Origin: Blastocatellia bacterium AA13
GTDB lineage: Bacteria > Acidobacteriota > Blastocatellia > UBA7656
Direction of reading: 5' to 3'
NCBI GenBank assembly: GCA_003222245.1
Contig: QHVH01000004.1
Span: 67,441 to 131,440, forward strand
DNA: 64,000 bases
The position numbers and the translations under genes are program-made. Below are positions 8,369-17,380 of this stretch, piece after piece. The number at the start of each line of letters is the position of its first letter. The first letter of the stretch is position 1. Below the pieces are notes generated by a model. The model ran no database searches and was not told the DNA's origin. It worked only from the letters and a program-made list of their open reading frames with translations.

Positions 8369-10669
8369 GTGAAAGTACCGTTGCCAAATCTTGATGATCG
8401 CCGCTGGGCCGACCTCGTCGACGAAGGCCGCTCGCTGATACCGGTCTATGCGCCCGATTGGACGGATCACAATGCGCACGATCCCGGAATAACGCTCATC
8501 GAGTTGTTCGCGTGGATCGCGGAGATGGATGTCTATCAGCTCAATCGCATCTCCGATGAAGAAAAGCTGAAGTTCCTCGCCCTGGTCGGAATAACTCCGG
8601 AGCCGCCCCAGACCGCCCACACGGTCCTGAGCCCTTCCTTAAAGGGCGCGGTTTCGCGTCGCTTCGATAGAGGCGCACAGTTCGGCTGCAAGGATTCATT
8701 CGGCGAGCCGATTCTGTTCAGGCTTACGCATCCGGTCACCGCAATGCCCGGTCAGCTTGCGGCGGTTCAGTTCAAGGACGCGAAAGGGTTCCACGACCTC
8801 ACTCCGCGACTGCGGAGAGGCGAGCCGCTGGGCCTGTTTGGCGATGTGCCCGTAATCGGAACCGAGCTCTATCTTGGATTCACACTGCAACCGGTTCTAA
8901 ACGAACCTCTCAATCTGTACTTCGGCTTCACCGGAAGCCGCTCGGGTTTCGATGAACGGCGTCGGTTGCTTGAAGAAAAGAAGAGTCTCTTAAGCGGATG
9001 CCGTCACGCCGCCGATTGCGATAAGGAAGATTGTAGGAACAAGAATTATCACGGCGATCACCATCACCATCACGATCACGATCACCATCACCGTGATCGT
9101 GAAGCGCAAAGGCCGCATCAATCGCTCTCGTTGAACCGAGTGCGGCTGACGTGGGAGTTTGCCGCGAAGGTTAACGACAAACTGGTATGGAAGCCCTTCG
9201 ATGGAAAGCTGAAACAGGTTCGCGATTTCACTCGAAGCTTCACGCTCGACGGCCGCGTGTTGATTCAGGTTCCCGCCGAGATGATTTCTCAATCGCTCGG
9301 TCACGTTGCGCCGGCGCTCTACTACATTCGCTGCAGGTTCGAAGCCGGAGCCTACGACGCGCCGCCGACAGCATCGAACATCGTTATGAACGCCGCGCTC
9401 GCGGAGCAATCCGCGCCCGTTACCGAGAGCTTACCGATCACGTCGGGAGTGACCGCGACGGGAACGGCGCCGAATCCTGGAGACATTCAGGCCATCGAGA
9501 TTGATCTCGATCAAACAGGGTTCATAACAAGCCTGGAATTCAAAGCTCCGACAAACGAATCGCCGGGTTTCCAGATCATCGAATATAAGCCCGCAACCAA
9601 TACCGCAAGCGGGCGGCTGATCATAAGAGCAGCGTGGCTCGGATACGCCAACGGCCGGCCTCATCAACAAGCAGCATTGCCCATTGCCGAAGCTCAACAG
9701 AAAAGCCTCAGGCTCTACTCCGAAGAGGAAGGCCGCTGGCGAATCTGGACCCGGGTCAACGATTTCATTCGTTCAACGCGGCGAGACGCGCGCTTCGAGC
9801 TCGATGCGGCCGAAGCGACGATCATTTTCAGCGACGGCGAGCACGGCCGGGTTCCGCCTGAAGGCGCGAAGCTCTTCGCCGTTTACCGAGCGACCCGGGC
9901 GGAACACGGAAACATAGCTGCTGGAGCCGATTTCAATCTTAGCGACTCGCTTCTCAATCGGATTATTGTTCCGGATTTCGATGCCGTGAGCGCGGACATA
10001 ACGGGTATCACCAACGCCGTAGAAGCGACAGGCGGAACGCCCGCGGAAACTCTGGATCACGCTATTGGTCGAGCCGTCGAATTGATGGACTCGAACTGGC
10101 GGGCCGTAACGCTTCGAGACTGTGAGGAGCTTGCGATCAAGACTCCAGGGGCTCGAATCGCCAGAGCGACGGCCCGCCCCGCACTCCACCCGGGGTTCCC
10201 GTGTTTCGACGCGCCGGGATTGATCACGCTGATCGTGTTGCCGGATATGCCCTCGGCCCGGCCGATGCCGGGCGTCGGTTTGCTTCACGATGTCGAGGCC
10301 TACCTGCGTCCGCGCGAGATCATCGGCACTCGGGTCGAGGTCGTCGGCCCGCGTTACCTCGAAGTAACCGTCGCCGCCGCGGTGAAGGTCCTGGACAAAG
10401 CAAGCAAGACCGCTGTTCAGCGAGACGTGATTGCGGCCTTGAATCGCTTCTTCAATCCGCTCAACGGCGGTCCGGATGGAACCGGTTGGCCCTTCGGCCG
10501 GGATGTATACAGATCGGAAGTCTTACAGGTAATCGACGAGGTTCCGGGCGTCGACTACGTGATTAGTCTGGAGCTCTTCGCCGATGGCTGCGGGCCGCAA
10601 TGCGGCAACGTGTGCCTTGGCCCAACGTGGCTGGTCGCGGCCGGCGATCACGAAATTACCGTTAGCTGA
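8369..10669 (+). CDS. Baseplate J-like assembly protein 2, with His/Cys-rich insertion
   Basis: LPNLDDRRWADLVDE...WTDHNAHDPGITLIELFAW, FSDGEHGRVPP, RAVTLRDCE, FFNPLNGG...GWPFGRDVYRSE. Confidence 0.9.
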   Translation: MKVPLPNLDDRRWADLVDEGRSLIPVYAPDWTDHNAHDPGITLIELFAWIAEMDVYQLNRISDEEKLKFLALVGITPEPPQTAHTVLSPSLKGAVSRRFDRGAQFGCKDSFGEPILFRLTHPVTAMPGQLAAVQFKDAKGFHDLTPRLRRGEPLGLFGDVPVIGTELYLGFTLQPVLNEPLNLYFGFTGSRSGFDERRRLLEEKKSLLSGCRHAADCDKEDCRNKNYHGDHHHHHDHDHHHRDREAQRPHQSLSLNRVRLTWEFAAKVNDKLVWKPFDGKLKQVRDFTRSFTLDGRVLIQVPAEMISQSLGHVAPALYYIRCRFEAGAYDAPPTASNIVMNAALAEQSAPVTESLPITSGVTATGTAPNPGDIQAIEIDLDQTGFITSLEFKAPTNESPGFQIIEYKPATNTASGRLIIRAAWLGYANGRPHQQAALPIAEAQQKSLRLYSEEEGRWRIWTRVNDFIRSTRRDARFELDAAEATIIFSDGEHGRVPPEGAKLFAVYRATRAEHGNIAAGADFNLSDSLLNRIIVPDFDAVSADITGITNAVEATGGTPAETLDHAIGRAVELMDSNWRAVTLRDCEELAIKTPGARIARATARPALHPGFPCFDAPGLITLIVLPDMPSARPMPGVGLLHDVEAYLRPREIIGTRVEVVGPRYLEVTVAAAVKVLDKASKTAVQRDVIAALNRFFNPLNGGPDGTGWPFGRDVYRSEVLQVIDEVPGVDYVISLELFADGCGPQCGNVCLGPTWLVAAGDHEITVS

Positions 10670-10691
10670 GAATCGAGTTTAGAGAAGGCCT

Positions 10692-11873
10692 ATGTTCACA
10701 TCAGGCGAATTCGATGTAGAGCGGTTTCGCTACTGGCAGGGACAGATGCTCCGGTCGCGCGATTTTCGCGATCAGTTCAATGTCGAAGCCGAGCTGCGAT
10801 GGTGGCACAACCGGGCGCTGCACGGCGCCTACGGCGTTCGCAGCGGCTTGAGCGTGACCGCGATCAAGGGTGAGCGGCGATCGATAACCGCCGTGGCGGT
10901 GGATTGCGGAGTCGCATATGACTGCTACGGGCGCGAGATCCTGCTTCAATGTCCGCGCGAGTTGCCGCTTCCGGTATCGAGCCGTCCGGTTCGCCGGTTT
11001 TCTTTGGTGCTTCGCTATAGAAACACGGAGGACTTTCCGAACGGAAGAGAGAGCCGAACCATATGCGCGGCTCCGATAGAAGAACCGGAGATCGCGTGGG
11101 TTCCGTCCGCGCGAATCGACGTGCGGTCGGGTGTCGTCATCGCGCAGTTGAGTTACGAATCCGCGGCGCCTCTCGAAGTCTTGCCGCCCGAGGTGAAGTT
11201 CCCGGATTCGCTTTCGGACCGGATCAGCTACGATGCGGCGAAGAAGCAGCTCGAATTTATCGGCGTAATGACGGCCGCGGAACAATCGCAGTTGCTCGCT
11301 ATTTCAGCGGATGCAGCCTATCCGCGAGCCGTTGAAAAGCTCTTCGAAGCCTCACGGCGGATCCCTGTTATTGTCGAAAACTTCATGCGAACGCCGGCCC
11401 GCGCGCTGACCCGGCCTCGCGTTGCGAGCGGCATGACCGTGGCCGGAGATACGCCGTGGGAGCCATGGATCGAATCCCTCGCGCTGAGGCGTGAAAAAGT
11501 ATCGAGCACGACGATCGGCATGCAGGTGACCATTGATACCTCGGCCGCGGGGTTCACCGAGACACCCTGCTACTTCGCGTGGTTGGAAGGAAAGTTGTGG
11601 GACAGGGGTAACCTCGCGTTCTTTCCCGTTCCGCTGACTCACATAGATAACCCTTCGATAAACCGCTTCAGATTTCGGCTGTGGATGCCGCCCATAGCGC
11701 TTGCGCTTGGATCGCGGCTTCGCAGGGCCAACGTGAACGTGGACGCGGAATTTATAAATTACGCTCGCGAGCACGGACTTGGCGTGTGCTGGATCGGGAT
11801 TCAGCCGATGCCATTTGTAGACAGGCCGTGCGGCGGCCACCCCATGGACTGCGCGACCGCGAGCGAGGAGTAG
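10692..11873 (+). CDS. eCIS fibre/shoulder-like protein, paralogue 1
   Basis: N-terminal RFRYWQGQMLRSRDFRDQ...GVRSGLSV...GVAYDCYGREI; C-terminal IDTSAAGFTETPCY domain. Confidence 0.6.
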   Translation: MFTSGEFDVERFRYWQGQMLRSRDFRDQFNVEAELRWWHNRALHGAYGVRSGLSVTAIKGERRSITAVAVDCGVAYDCYGREILLQCPRELPLPVSSRPVRRFSLVLRYRNTEDFPNGRESRTICAAPIEEPEIAWVPSARIDVRSGVVIAQLSYESAAPLEVLPPEVKFPDSLSDRISYDAAKKQLEFIGVMTAAEQSQLLAISADAAYPRAVEKLFEASRRIPVIVENFMRTPARALTRPRVASGMTVAGDTPWEPWIESLALRREKVSSTTIGMQVTIDTSAAGFTETPCYFAWLEGKLWDRGNLAFFPVPLTHIDNPSINRFRFRLWMPPIALALGSRLRRANVNVDAEFINYAREHGLGVCWIGIQPMPFVDRPCGGHPMDCATASEE

Positions 11874-11876
11874 ACG

Positions 11877-12962
11877 ATGGATTTCCTGCAAGAGACACGC
11901 TTCATAGAACGGCTTCAGTTCTTCAACGGCGAACGGCTCGATGAATCAGATCTTCAGGGGCTCGAAGCCTTCAATCGCGAGATGCGCTGGCTTCACAATG
12001 CCAGCCTTCATCAACCGGGAATCGGGAACGGATTCGCGGTCTCGGGAAAGAAGGGCGACCGCGAAGTTCAAATCGGACCCGGCTACGCCATCGATGCGCT
12101 GGGCCGCGAAATCGTGATGACACAAAGCCGAATTGAGGCCGTTCCGCCCGTGGCAAAGGAGGATGACGGCAGCGCCGTGCTGTTTGACCTTACGGTCTCA
12201 TATCCCGACGACCAGTATCTGGAAGCCGCCGAAACGCGCGTCGGCATCTGCACCGGACCCGGGGTGATTCGTCTCAAAGAAGAGCCTGTCTTCTGCTGGG
12301 TAAAACTGAGGACGAACGGCCAGCCCGTCGATCCATCAATCAAGCAGGAGATTCTCTCAGGCATGCGGATCATCCTTTGCCGCGCCGAGGTGCTCAATTG
12401 CCAGCTCTATAAAGATGTTTCTATCGCTCAGCGTTTGAACGCGCGTCCGGCAAAACAGCCGTACATATGCTGCGCTTCGGCTGATCTTGGATGGAAAGAA
12501 TGGACGATAGGAACTTTTGACGCCGACGCAATGGACTTTCAGGGATTTATCAGGCTCTTGTTTTCGGGCCTGCCGATGATTCTTCCGGTCGGCTTGCAAG
12601 CGGTGATCGACACTTCCTCGTGTGGATTCCTGACGACGCCCTGCTACAACGCGAGGATCTCGGGTCCTCGATTGAAACAATTCGAAGCGCCGGCTCCCGG
12701 CGGAAACACAATCGAGTCCAGTGAGGCGGGCTCCATCCTGATTCCGTTTATAGCGGATGGACAGATTCAGATTGTGGACCCATCTCCGACCAGCTTCACC
12801 GTAAACGTGCTGCTGATGGTTCAGACTCTGGTGAATCAGCAATTCACCGGCGGAGTTTCTCTTGTCGCTGCTCCGTCCGGCAGCGCCGGCGACGCCATTG
12901 GAAAACTGATCGAGAAATATTTCAGCGATTGGGACCTTGTATGGATGGGGGTCGAGGGTTAA
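11877..12962 (+). CDS. eCIS fibre/shoulder-like protein, paralogue 2
   Basis: RLQFFNGERLDESDL...GIGNGFAV...PGYAIDALGREI; C-terminal IDTSSCGFLTTPCY domain. Confidence 0.6.
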   Translation: MDFLQETRFIERLQFFNGERLDESDLQGLEAFNREMRWLHNASLHQPGIGNGFAVSGKKGDREVQIGPGYAIDALGREIVMTQSRIEAVPPVAKEDDGSAVLFDLTVSYPDDQYLEAAETRVGICTGPGVIRLKEEPVFCWVKLRTNGQPVDPSIKQEILSGMRIILCRAEVLNCQLYKDVSIAQRLNARPAKQPYICCASADLGWKEWTIGTFDADAMDFQGFIRLLFSGLPMILPVGLQAVIDTSSCGFLTTPCYNARISGPRLKQFEAPAPGGNTIESSEAGSILIPFIADGQIQIVDPSPTSFTVNVLLMVQTLVNQQFTGGVSLVAAPSGSAGDAIGKLIEKYFSDWDLVWMGVEG

Positions 12963-12965
12963 GAA

Positions 12966-15188
12966 GTGGAAGGAGACAACCGCACAAACTTTTCATACCT
13001 GAATCGCGACGGCGAGTGGCCCGGCTTTCATCGAAGCGGACTCGAGCTTCTGAGCGACGGCGCGCTGCGGTTGCACTCAGTGCCGCTGTTCGACGGCGAC
13101 TTGCCAGATGAGCTGCACGACGCGCCCGATCCTTCGGGTCCGGCCGGCATTGCCGCGGCTCCGGATGGATCGATCTTCTACAGCGACCCGGCCGGCAATC
13201 GCATCATTAGAATAGACGGCTGCGATGGGTCTACGGATGTAGTCCGCTGCATCGCGCGGGAGACCGGGTCGCCGGTTGGACTCAAGACGCCTCGCGGACT
13301 CTTGATTCCGAAGTACAGGCCTTCGCTATTTGTCGCCGACTCCGGAAACAGTCGAATTCAAGTATTCGACCTCGACACGTTTCAGCTTGTGGACGTGTGG
13401 GGACAGACGGACAAGGCGCACGGTGTAAGCCCCAACGCCGGGCCGGGCCGGTTCGATACGCCGTGGGCGCTCGATGCCGACGACAAAGGCGCCATATACG
13501 TAGTCGATTGGGGCAATGCTCGAGTGCGGAAGTTCAACCGCGCCGGAACCCTCGTGCCTTCATTCTGGGACACGATGAAGCAGGCGGGCCTGCTCGAGAA
13601 ACCGTCCGGCATCAGCGTCGCTTCGAAGGCCGGTCATACGCGGTTGTACGTTTTGGATGAATCCAAATTATGTATCTTCGTTTTTGACCAGGACGGCAAT
13701 CCGGTTAGCGACAGCGGCGGAAACCCCATCAATTTTGGAACGGGACTGTTGTCGAAGCCGATGGGTCTCGCGGCGTCAGACGATGCGGTTTACGTTGGTG
13801 ACAATCAGCGGCGCCGCATACTGGTATTCAAGCACGAAGATGATTACGGCTTCGCGGGTGAGGCGGTCGGTTATCAGGGTCCAATAGCGGCGCTGGCTTT
13901 GGATGGCAAAGGCCATCTGCTCGTGCACAGCGGCCTTGATGTCGCGCCGTTCAGCCTTGCAATCGACGAAGGATTTCAGAACAAAGGCGCATTGTGGAGC
14001 GGCCCAATTCGCGTTCGCGAGCTTCCGGTTAGATGGCATCGCCTGCAAGCGCTGATGAGCCGCACCGGATCAGGAGCGCGCCTCAGATTATTCGTTCACA
14101 CAGCAGACGACCAGACCGATCAGCCCGTCGTCAATTTCGCGGCGGATGACCCCTTCGCCGATCTTCGCTGGCGGCCTGCGTCGAGCGAGCCGTTTACGAA
14201 TCTGGACGACCTCTATATAGGAGGCGACGCGGCGACATATGTCTGGGTCGGAGCGCTCTTCTTGAGCGACGGTGTTTCGACCGCGGTGCTCTCTCAGCTC
14301 CGCGTCGAGTTCGATCACGAAACTTATTTGAAGCACCTGCCCGCGATCTATGGCGAGCCGTCTCCCTGCGGCGATTTCTTAACCAGGTTCCTGTCTCTGT
14401 TTGAGACGTTCTTTGATGGAACCGAGCAAACGATTGCCGAGATTGCGCGCTTCTTCGATCCGGCGGTTATCCCGTCCGAGTTCCTGTCGTGGCTCGCGGG
14501 GTGGCTCGCGCTCGAGCTCGATGAAGACTGGGACGAAGCGCGCAAGCGAGAGCTGATCGCCGAGGCATTTCAGATCTATGGAAGGCGTGGAACCGCGCGC
14601 GGCTTGCGAGAAGCGTTGCGGCTCTATGCGGGTGTGGACGCGATCATTGAAGAACCGATCAGATATGCGCAGTGGTGGGCGTTGCCTCGTGAATCCGCCT
14701 CGTGTGAATGCAGCGACGGTTCGCAAGCCTCAAACGAACCGAGATGGGAAGGCACGGAGAACTCGATTCTCGGCGTCAGCACTTCGCTTGCCGGAGCCGA
14801 GCCGCAGGGCGCCGTAGTCGGCTCGACCGCGATACTCGACCAGTCTCATTTGATAGGCAGCGAAGAATACGGCTCGCCGTTATTCGTGGATCTGGCGGAT
14901 CGATTTACGGTGCAGATCTACCGCGGCCAGTTGAGCTGCCCCGAAACTCTTGCGCGTGTACACGACGTGATACGCCGCGAGAAACCCGCGCATACGGACT
15001 ATCACCTGTGCGTGATCGAACCGCGATTGCGCGCCGGTTATCAAGCGCGAGTCGGAATAGACACCGTAGTCTCCGGACCTCCGCTGCCTTCGGCGCTTGA
15101 TGAAGCAAGCGAGATAGTGCTGGGCGGACAACCTGCCGGCCGCGCAGGCTCTGGAAACATGATCGGCATCACGGCCCGTGTCGGATGA
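12966..15188 (+). CDS. NHL-repeat beta-propeller fused to phage tail protein I (P2 gpI-like wedge) domain
   Basis: Repeats FVADSGNSRIQVF, YVVDWGNARVRKF, YVGDNQRRRI; C-terminal YLKHLPAIY...FLTRFLSLFE...FLSWLAGWL...RRGTARGL...EKPAHTDY. Confidence 0.85.
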   Translation: MEGDNRTNFSYLNRDGEWPGFHRSGLELLSDGALRLHSVPLFDGDLPDELHDAPDPSGPAGIAAAPDGSIFYSDPAGNRIIRIDGCDGSTDVVRCIARETGSPVGLKTPRGLLIPKYRPSLFVADSGNSRIQVFDLDTFQLVDVWGQTDKAHGVSPNAGPGRFDTPWALDADDKGAIYVVDWGNARVRKFNRAGTLVPSFWDTMKQAGLLEKPSGISVASKAGHTRLYVLDESKLCIFVFDQDGNPVSDSGGNPINFGTGLLSKPMGLAASDDAVYVGDNQRRRILVFKHEDDYGFAGEAVGYQGPIAALALDGKGHLLVHSGLDVAPFSLAIDEGFQNKGALWSGPIRVRELPVRWHRLQALMSRTGSGARLRLFVHTADDQTDQPVVNFAADDPFADLRWRPASSEPFTNLDDLYIGGDAATYVWVGALFLSDGVSTAVLSQLRVEFDHETYLKHLPAIYGEPSPCGDFLTRFLSLFETFFDGTEQTIAEIARFFDPAVIPSEFLSWLAGWLALELDEDWDEARKRELIAEAFQIYGRRGTARGLREALRLYAGVDAIIEEPIRYAQWWALPRESASCECSDGSQASNEPRWEGTENSILGVSTSLAGAEPQGAVVGSTAILDQSHLIGSEEYGSPLFVDLADRFTVQIYRGQLSCPETLARVHDVIRREKPAHTDYHLCVIEPRLRAGYQARVGIDTVVSGPPLPSALDEASEIVLGGQPAGRAGSGNMIGITARVG

Positions 15189-15232
15189 TCGCGGGGAGAG
15201 GCAAGCCTCGCAAACAACCAGGAGGACAATTC

Positions 15233-16030
15233 ATGTCACATCACAACGTACAACAATCTCAGCGCCGCGATCTGAAGACGCCGGCCGATTTGAAGACCCC
15301 GGTGCGCAATCGGTACTTCTACGGCAAGCTGCTCGACGTCATGCAGCTCACGATGGAGCAGGATTACTTCAACTCCAAGCGGTCGCTGGCGAATCGTCTG
15401 ATCACTGGTCCGGGAGTTGTGTGCGGGCTGGACGTCGAGCTGACGAGCGACAACAAAGGCGTGATCGTTTTGCCCGGGGTCGCCATAGATCGATGCGGGC
15501 GCGAGATCATAGTCACGCATCCATCGAAACCCGTCGAGCTTCCGCCGCTCCCGCCGCACGAGTCCGAATCCGAAGACTACAAGCCGCGATACGGCGGCAG
15601 GTCCGAGCACCATCACTACTGCGAAGAGGAATACGCGCACGTGCTGCTCTGCTATCACGAATGTGAGAGCGATCCGGTTCGAGCAGTCGCGGGTGATTGC
15701 GAGACCGTTGCTTTTTGCGAGCCCGGTTGCATTCGCGAGCAATACGAAGTCGAAGTCCGTGAAGGCTTCGCGCCCGAGCGCAAGAGCAACTTTCCCGACG
15801 TGATCGACGGCCGGCGGATCAGCTACGCGGCGATAGCCGAATACGTGACCAGAGGATGCCGCGCTCTTCCGGACGATTGTTGCATACCGCTCGCGAATAT
15901 ACGGCTCAGGGACACCGACAACGGATGGGAGCCCGAGGTCGATATCGCTATTCGCCCAATCGTGTACAACAACCGGCTCTTGTTCGACCTGATCCAATCG
16001 CTGGTCAAAGACGAAGACACCGAATATTGA
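15233..16030 (+). CDS. eCIS fibre/shoulder-like protein, paralogue 3
   Basis: RNRYFYGKLLDVMQLTMEQDYF...GVVCGLDV...PGVAIDRCGREI; GGAGG RBS before ATG 15233. Confidence 0.62.
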   Translation: MSHHNVQQSQRRDLKTPADLKTPVRNRYFYGKLLDVMQLTMEQDYFNSKRSLANRLITGPGVVCGLDVELTSDNKGVIVLPGVAIDRCGREIIVTHPSKPVELPPLPPHESESEDYKPRYGGRSEHHHYCEEEYAHVLLCYHECESDPVRAVAGDCETVAFCEPGCIREQYEVEVREGFAPERKSNFPDVIDGRRISYAAIAEYVTRGCRALPDDCCIPLANIRLRDTDNGWEPEVDIAIRPIVYNNRLLFDLIQSLVKDEDTEY

Positions 16031-16044
16031 GAGGGAGACGAGTC

Positions 16045-17277
16045 ATGAAAACCGCTACTGTATGCCGTGAGATTCCGTGCGATCACAGCGTCGCGGAGAG
16101 GCCTCGCTACTATGCGGGCAAGGTGATCACGCACTACGACCTGAACCTGGAACAGGATTACTTTCGCAGCAAGCTTCGCCGGCACAATCGCATGCTCCAC
16201 GGCTGGGGCGTGGTATGCGGCGCGCTTGTATGCAAGCTCCCGAAGTCCAAAGAGAACGGAACAAAGTTCGAGCCGTGGAAGGTCGTCGTCAAGCCGGGCT
16301 GCCTTCTCGGCCCCTACGGAGACGAGATCATCATCGACTGCATCCGCACCGTCGATCTTCGGACCCAGGGAGTCGTCGGAATCACCGGCGAGCCTTGTGT
16401 GGACGCCGTCGATCCATGGTGCAGTCAGGTCGTTCAGGAGCCTTCGGGCGGCAAGCTCTACATCGCGGTCAGGTACAAAGAGGTTCCGGCGAGGCCGGTT
16501 CGAGTACAGCCCGTTGGGTGCGGCTGCGATGACAGCCAGTGCGAGAATTCGCGATACGTGGATGGGTATGAGATCGCGGTATTGGATCACTGTCCTAACT
16601 CGGAAGATATTCCGCCGGGAAGGATTAGTACGAAGACCGGACCAATTCCGGAGTGTCCTCCGTGCCCGGACGAGCCGTGGGTCGGTTTGGCGGAAGTGGA
16701 AATCGATGCGGACGGCAATGTGACGATCGACAACTGCATCTGCAGACGCCTTGTTGTCTCGCTGGCGAACTCCTGGTGGCAATGCAGCGACGAGCAGGTC
16801 GCAGCGCGGCCGGCGCCCGAGGGCGGCCCCGAGGGCGGCATGAATTCTCCGGCTCCGCCCGTCAATCTGCCTCGCGCGGTTGTCATAAGAGCCGCTCAAC
16901 CCGCTGAAAGACTTCAACCCAATTCGGAAAACACCATCACGGTGACCGGCGAGAATCTGGATATGGTCAAGAGGGTCGACTTCGGGTCCGGAGCCGGAAT
17001 TGCGGTTGCGGGATTCGAAGCGACTCCGACCCAGCTAGTCGTACACGTCAAGCTCGATTCCAGCGCCGCCGCGGGTCCGCGCAGCCTGCTGCTTAGAGAC
17101 GCGGACGGCAGGGAGGTCGAGATGAAGAATGCCGTTTCGATTGAGGGAACGGCGCCGACGGGAAGCAACCCGTCTCAGCCGGCCCCGGCCAATCAGCCGC
17201 CGGCGGCTAAAGCGCAGGCATCAAGCTCGAAGACAGCAAGCAAACGGCCGCGCAAGACACCGAAGGAAGAGGTCTGA
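16045..17277 (+). CDS. eCIS fibre/shoulder-like protein, paralogue 4, Cys-rich with C-terminal Ig/IPT-like domain
   Basis: RPRYYAGKVITHYDLNLEQDYF...GWGVVCG...PGCLLGPYGDEI; TITVTGENL...VDFGSG...QLVVHVKLDSSAAAGPRSL; ATG 16045 after GAGGGAG. Confidence 0.62.
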   Translation: MKTATVCREIPCDHSVAERPRYYAGKVITHYDLNLEQDYFRSKLRRHNRMLHGWGVVCGALVCKLPKSKENGTKFEPWKVVVKPGCLLGPYGDEIIIDCIRTVDLRTQGVVGITGEPCVDAVDPWCSQVVQEPSGGKLYIAVRYKEVPARPVRVQPVGCGCDDSQCENSRYVDGYEIAVLDHCPNSEDIPPGRISTKTGPIPECPPCPDEPWVGLAEVEIDADGNVTIDNCICRRLVVSLANSWWQCSDEQVAARPAPEGGPEGGMNSPAPPVNLPRAVVIRAAQPAERLQPNSENTITVTGENLDMVKRVDFGSGAGIAVAGFEATPTQLVVHVKLDSSAAAGPRSLLLRDADGREVEMKNAVSIEGTAPTGSNPSQPAPANQPPAAKAQASSSKTASKRPRKTPKEEV

Positions 17278-17329
17278 TGAAGTAATCAGCGCCCAGGAAT
17301 CGAATCAACCGCGCGCTCTAGAAACAAAT

Positions 17330-17368
17330 GTAGGGGCGGCCTCGGAGGGACCTCGGAGGGCCGCCCCT
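17330..17368 (+). repeat. GTAG-type REP-like palindrome
   Basis: GTAG followed by stem AGGGGCGGCC (17332-17341)/GGCCGCCCCT (17359-17368); CCTCGGAGGG duplicated inside. Confidence 0.6.
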
Positions 17369-17380
17369 CCTGGCTAATCA

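Noticed and set aside
2-17277. Prophage or T6SS interpretation
   Set aside because: No head, packaging, replication or integrase genes and no TssJLM/ClpV in the window; LysM initiator, twin baseplate-J and DUF4157 fit eCIS. Upstream sequence is unseen.
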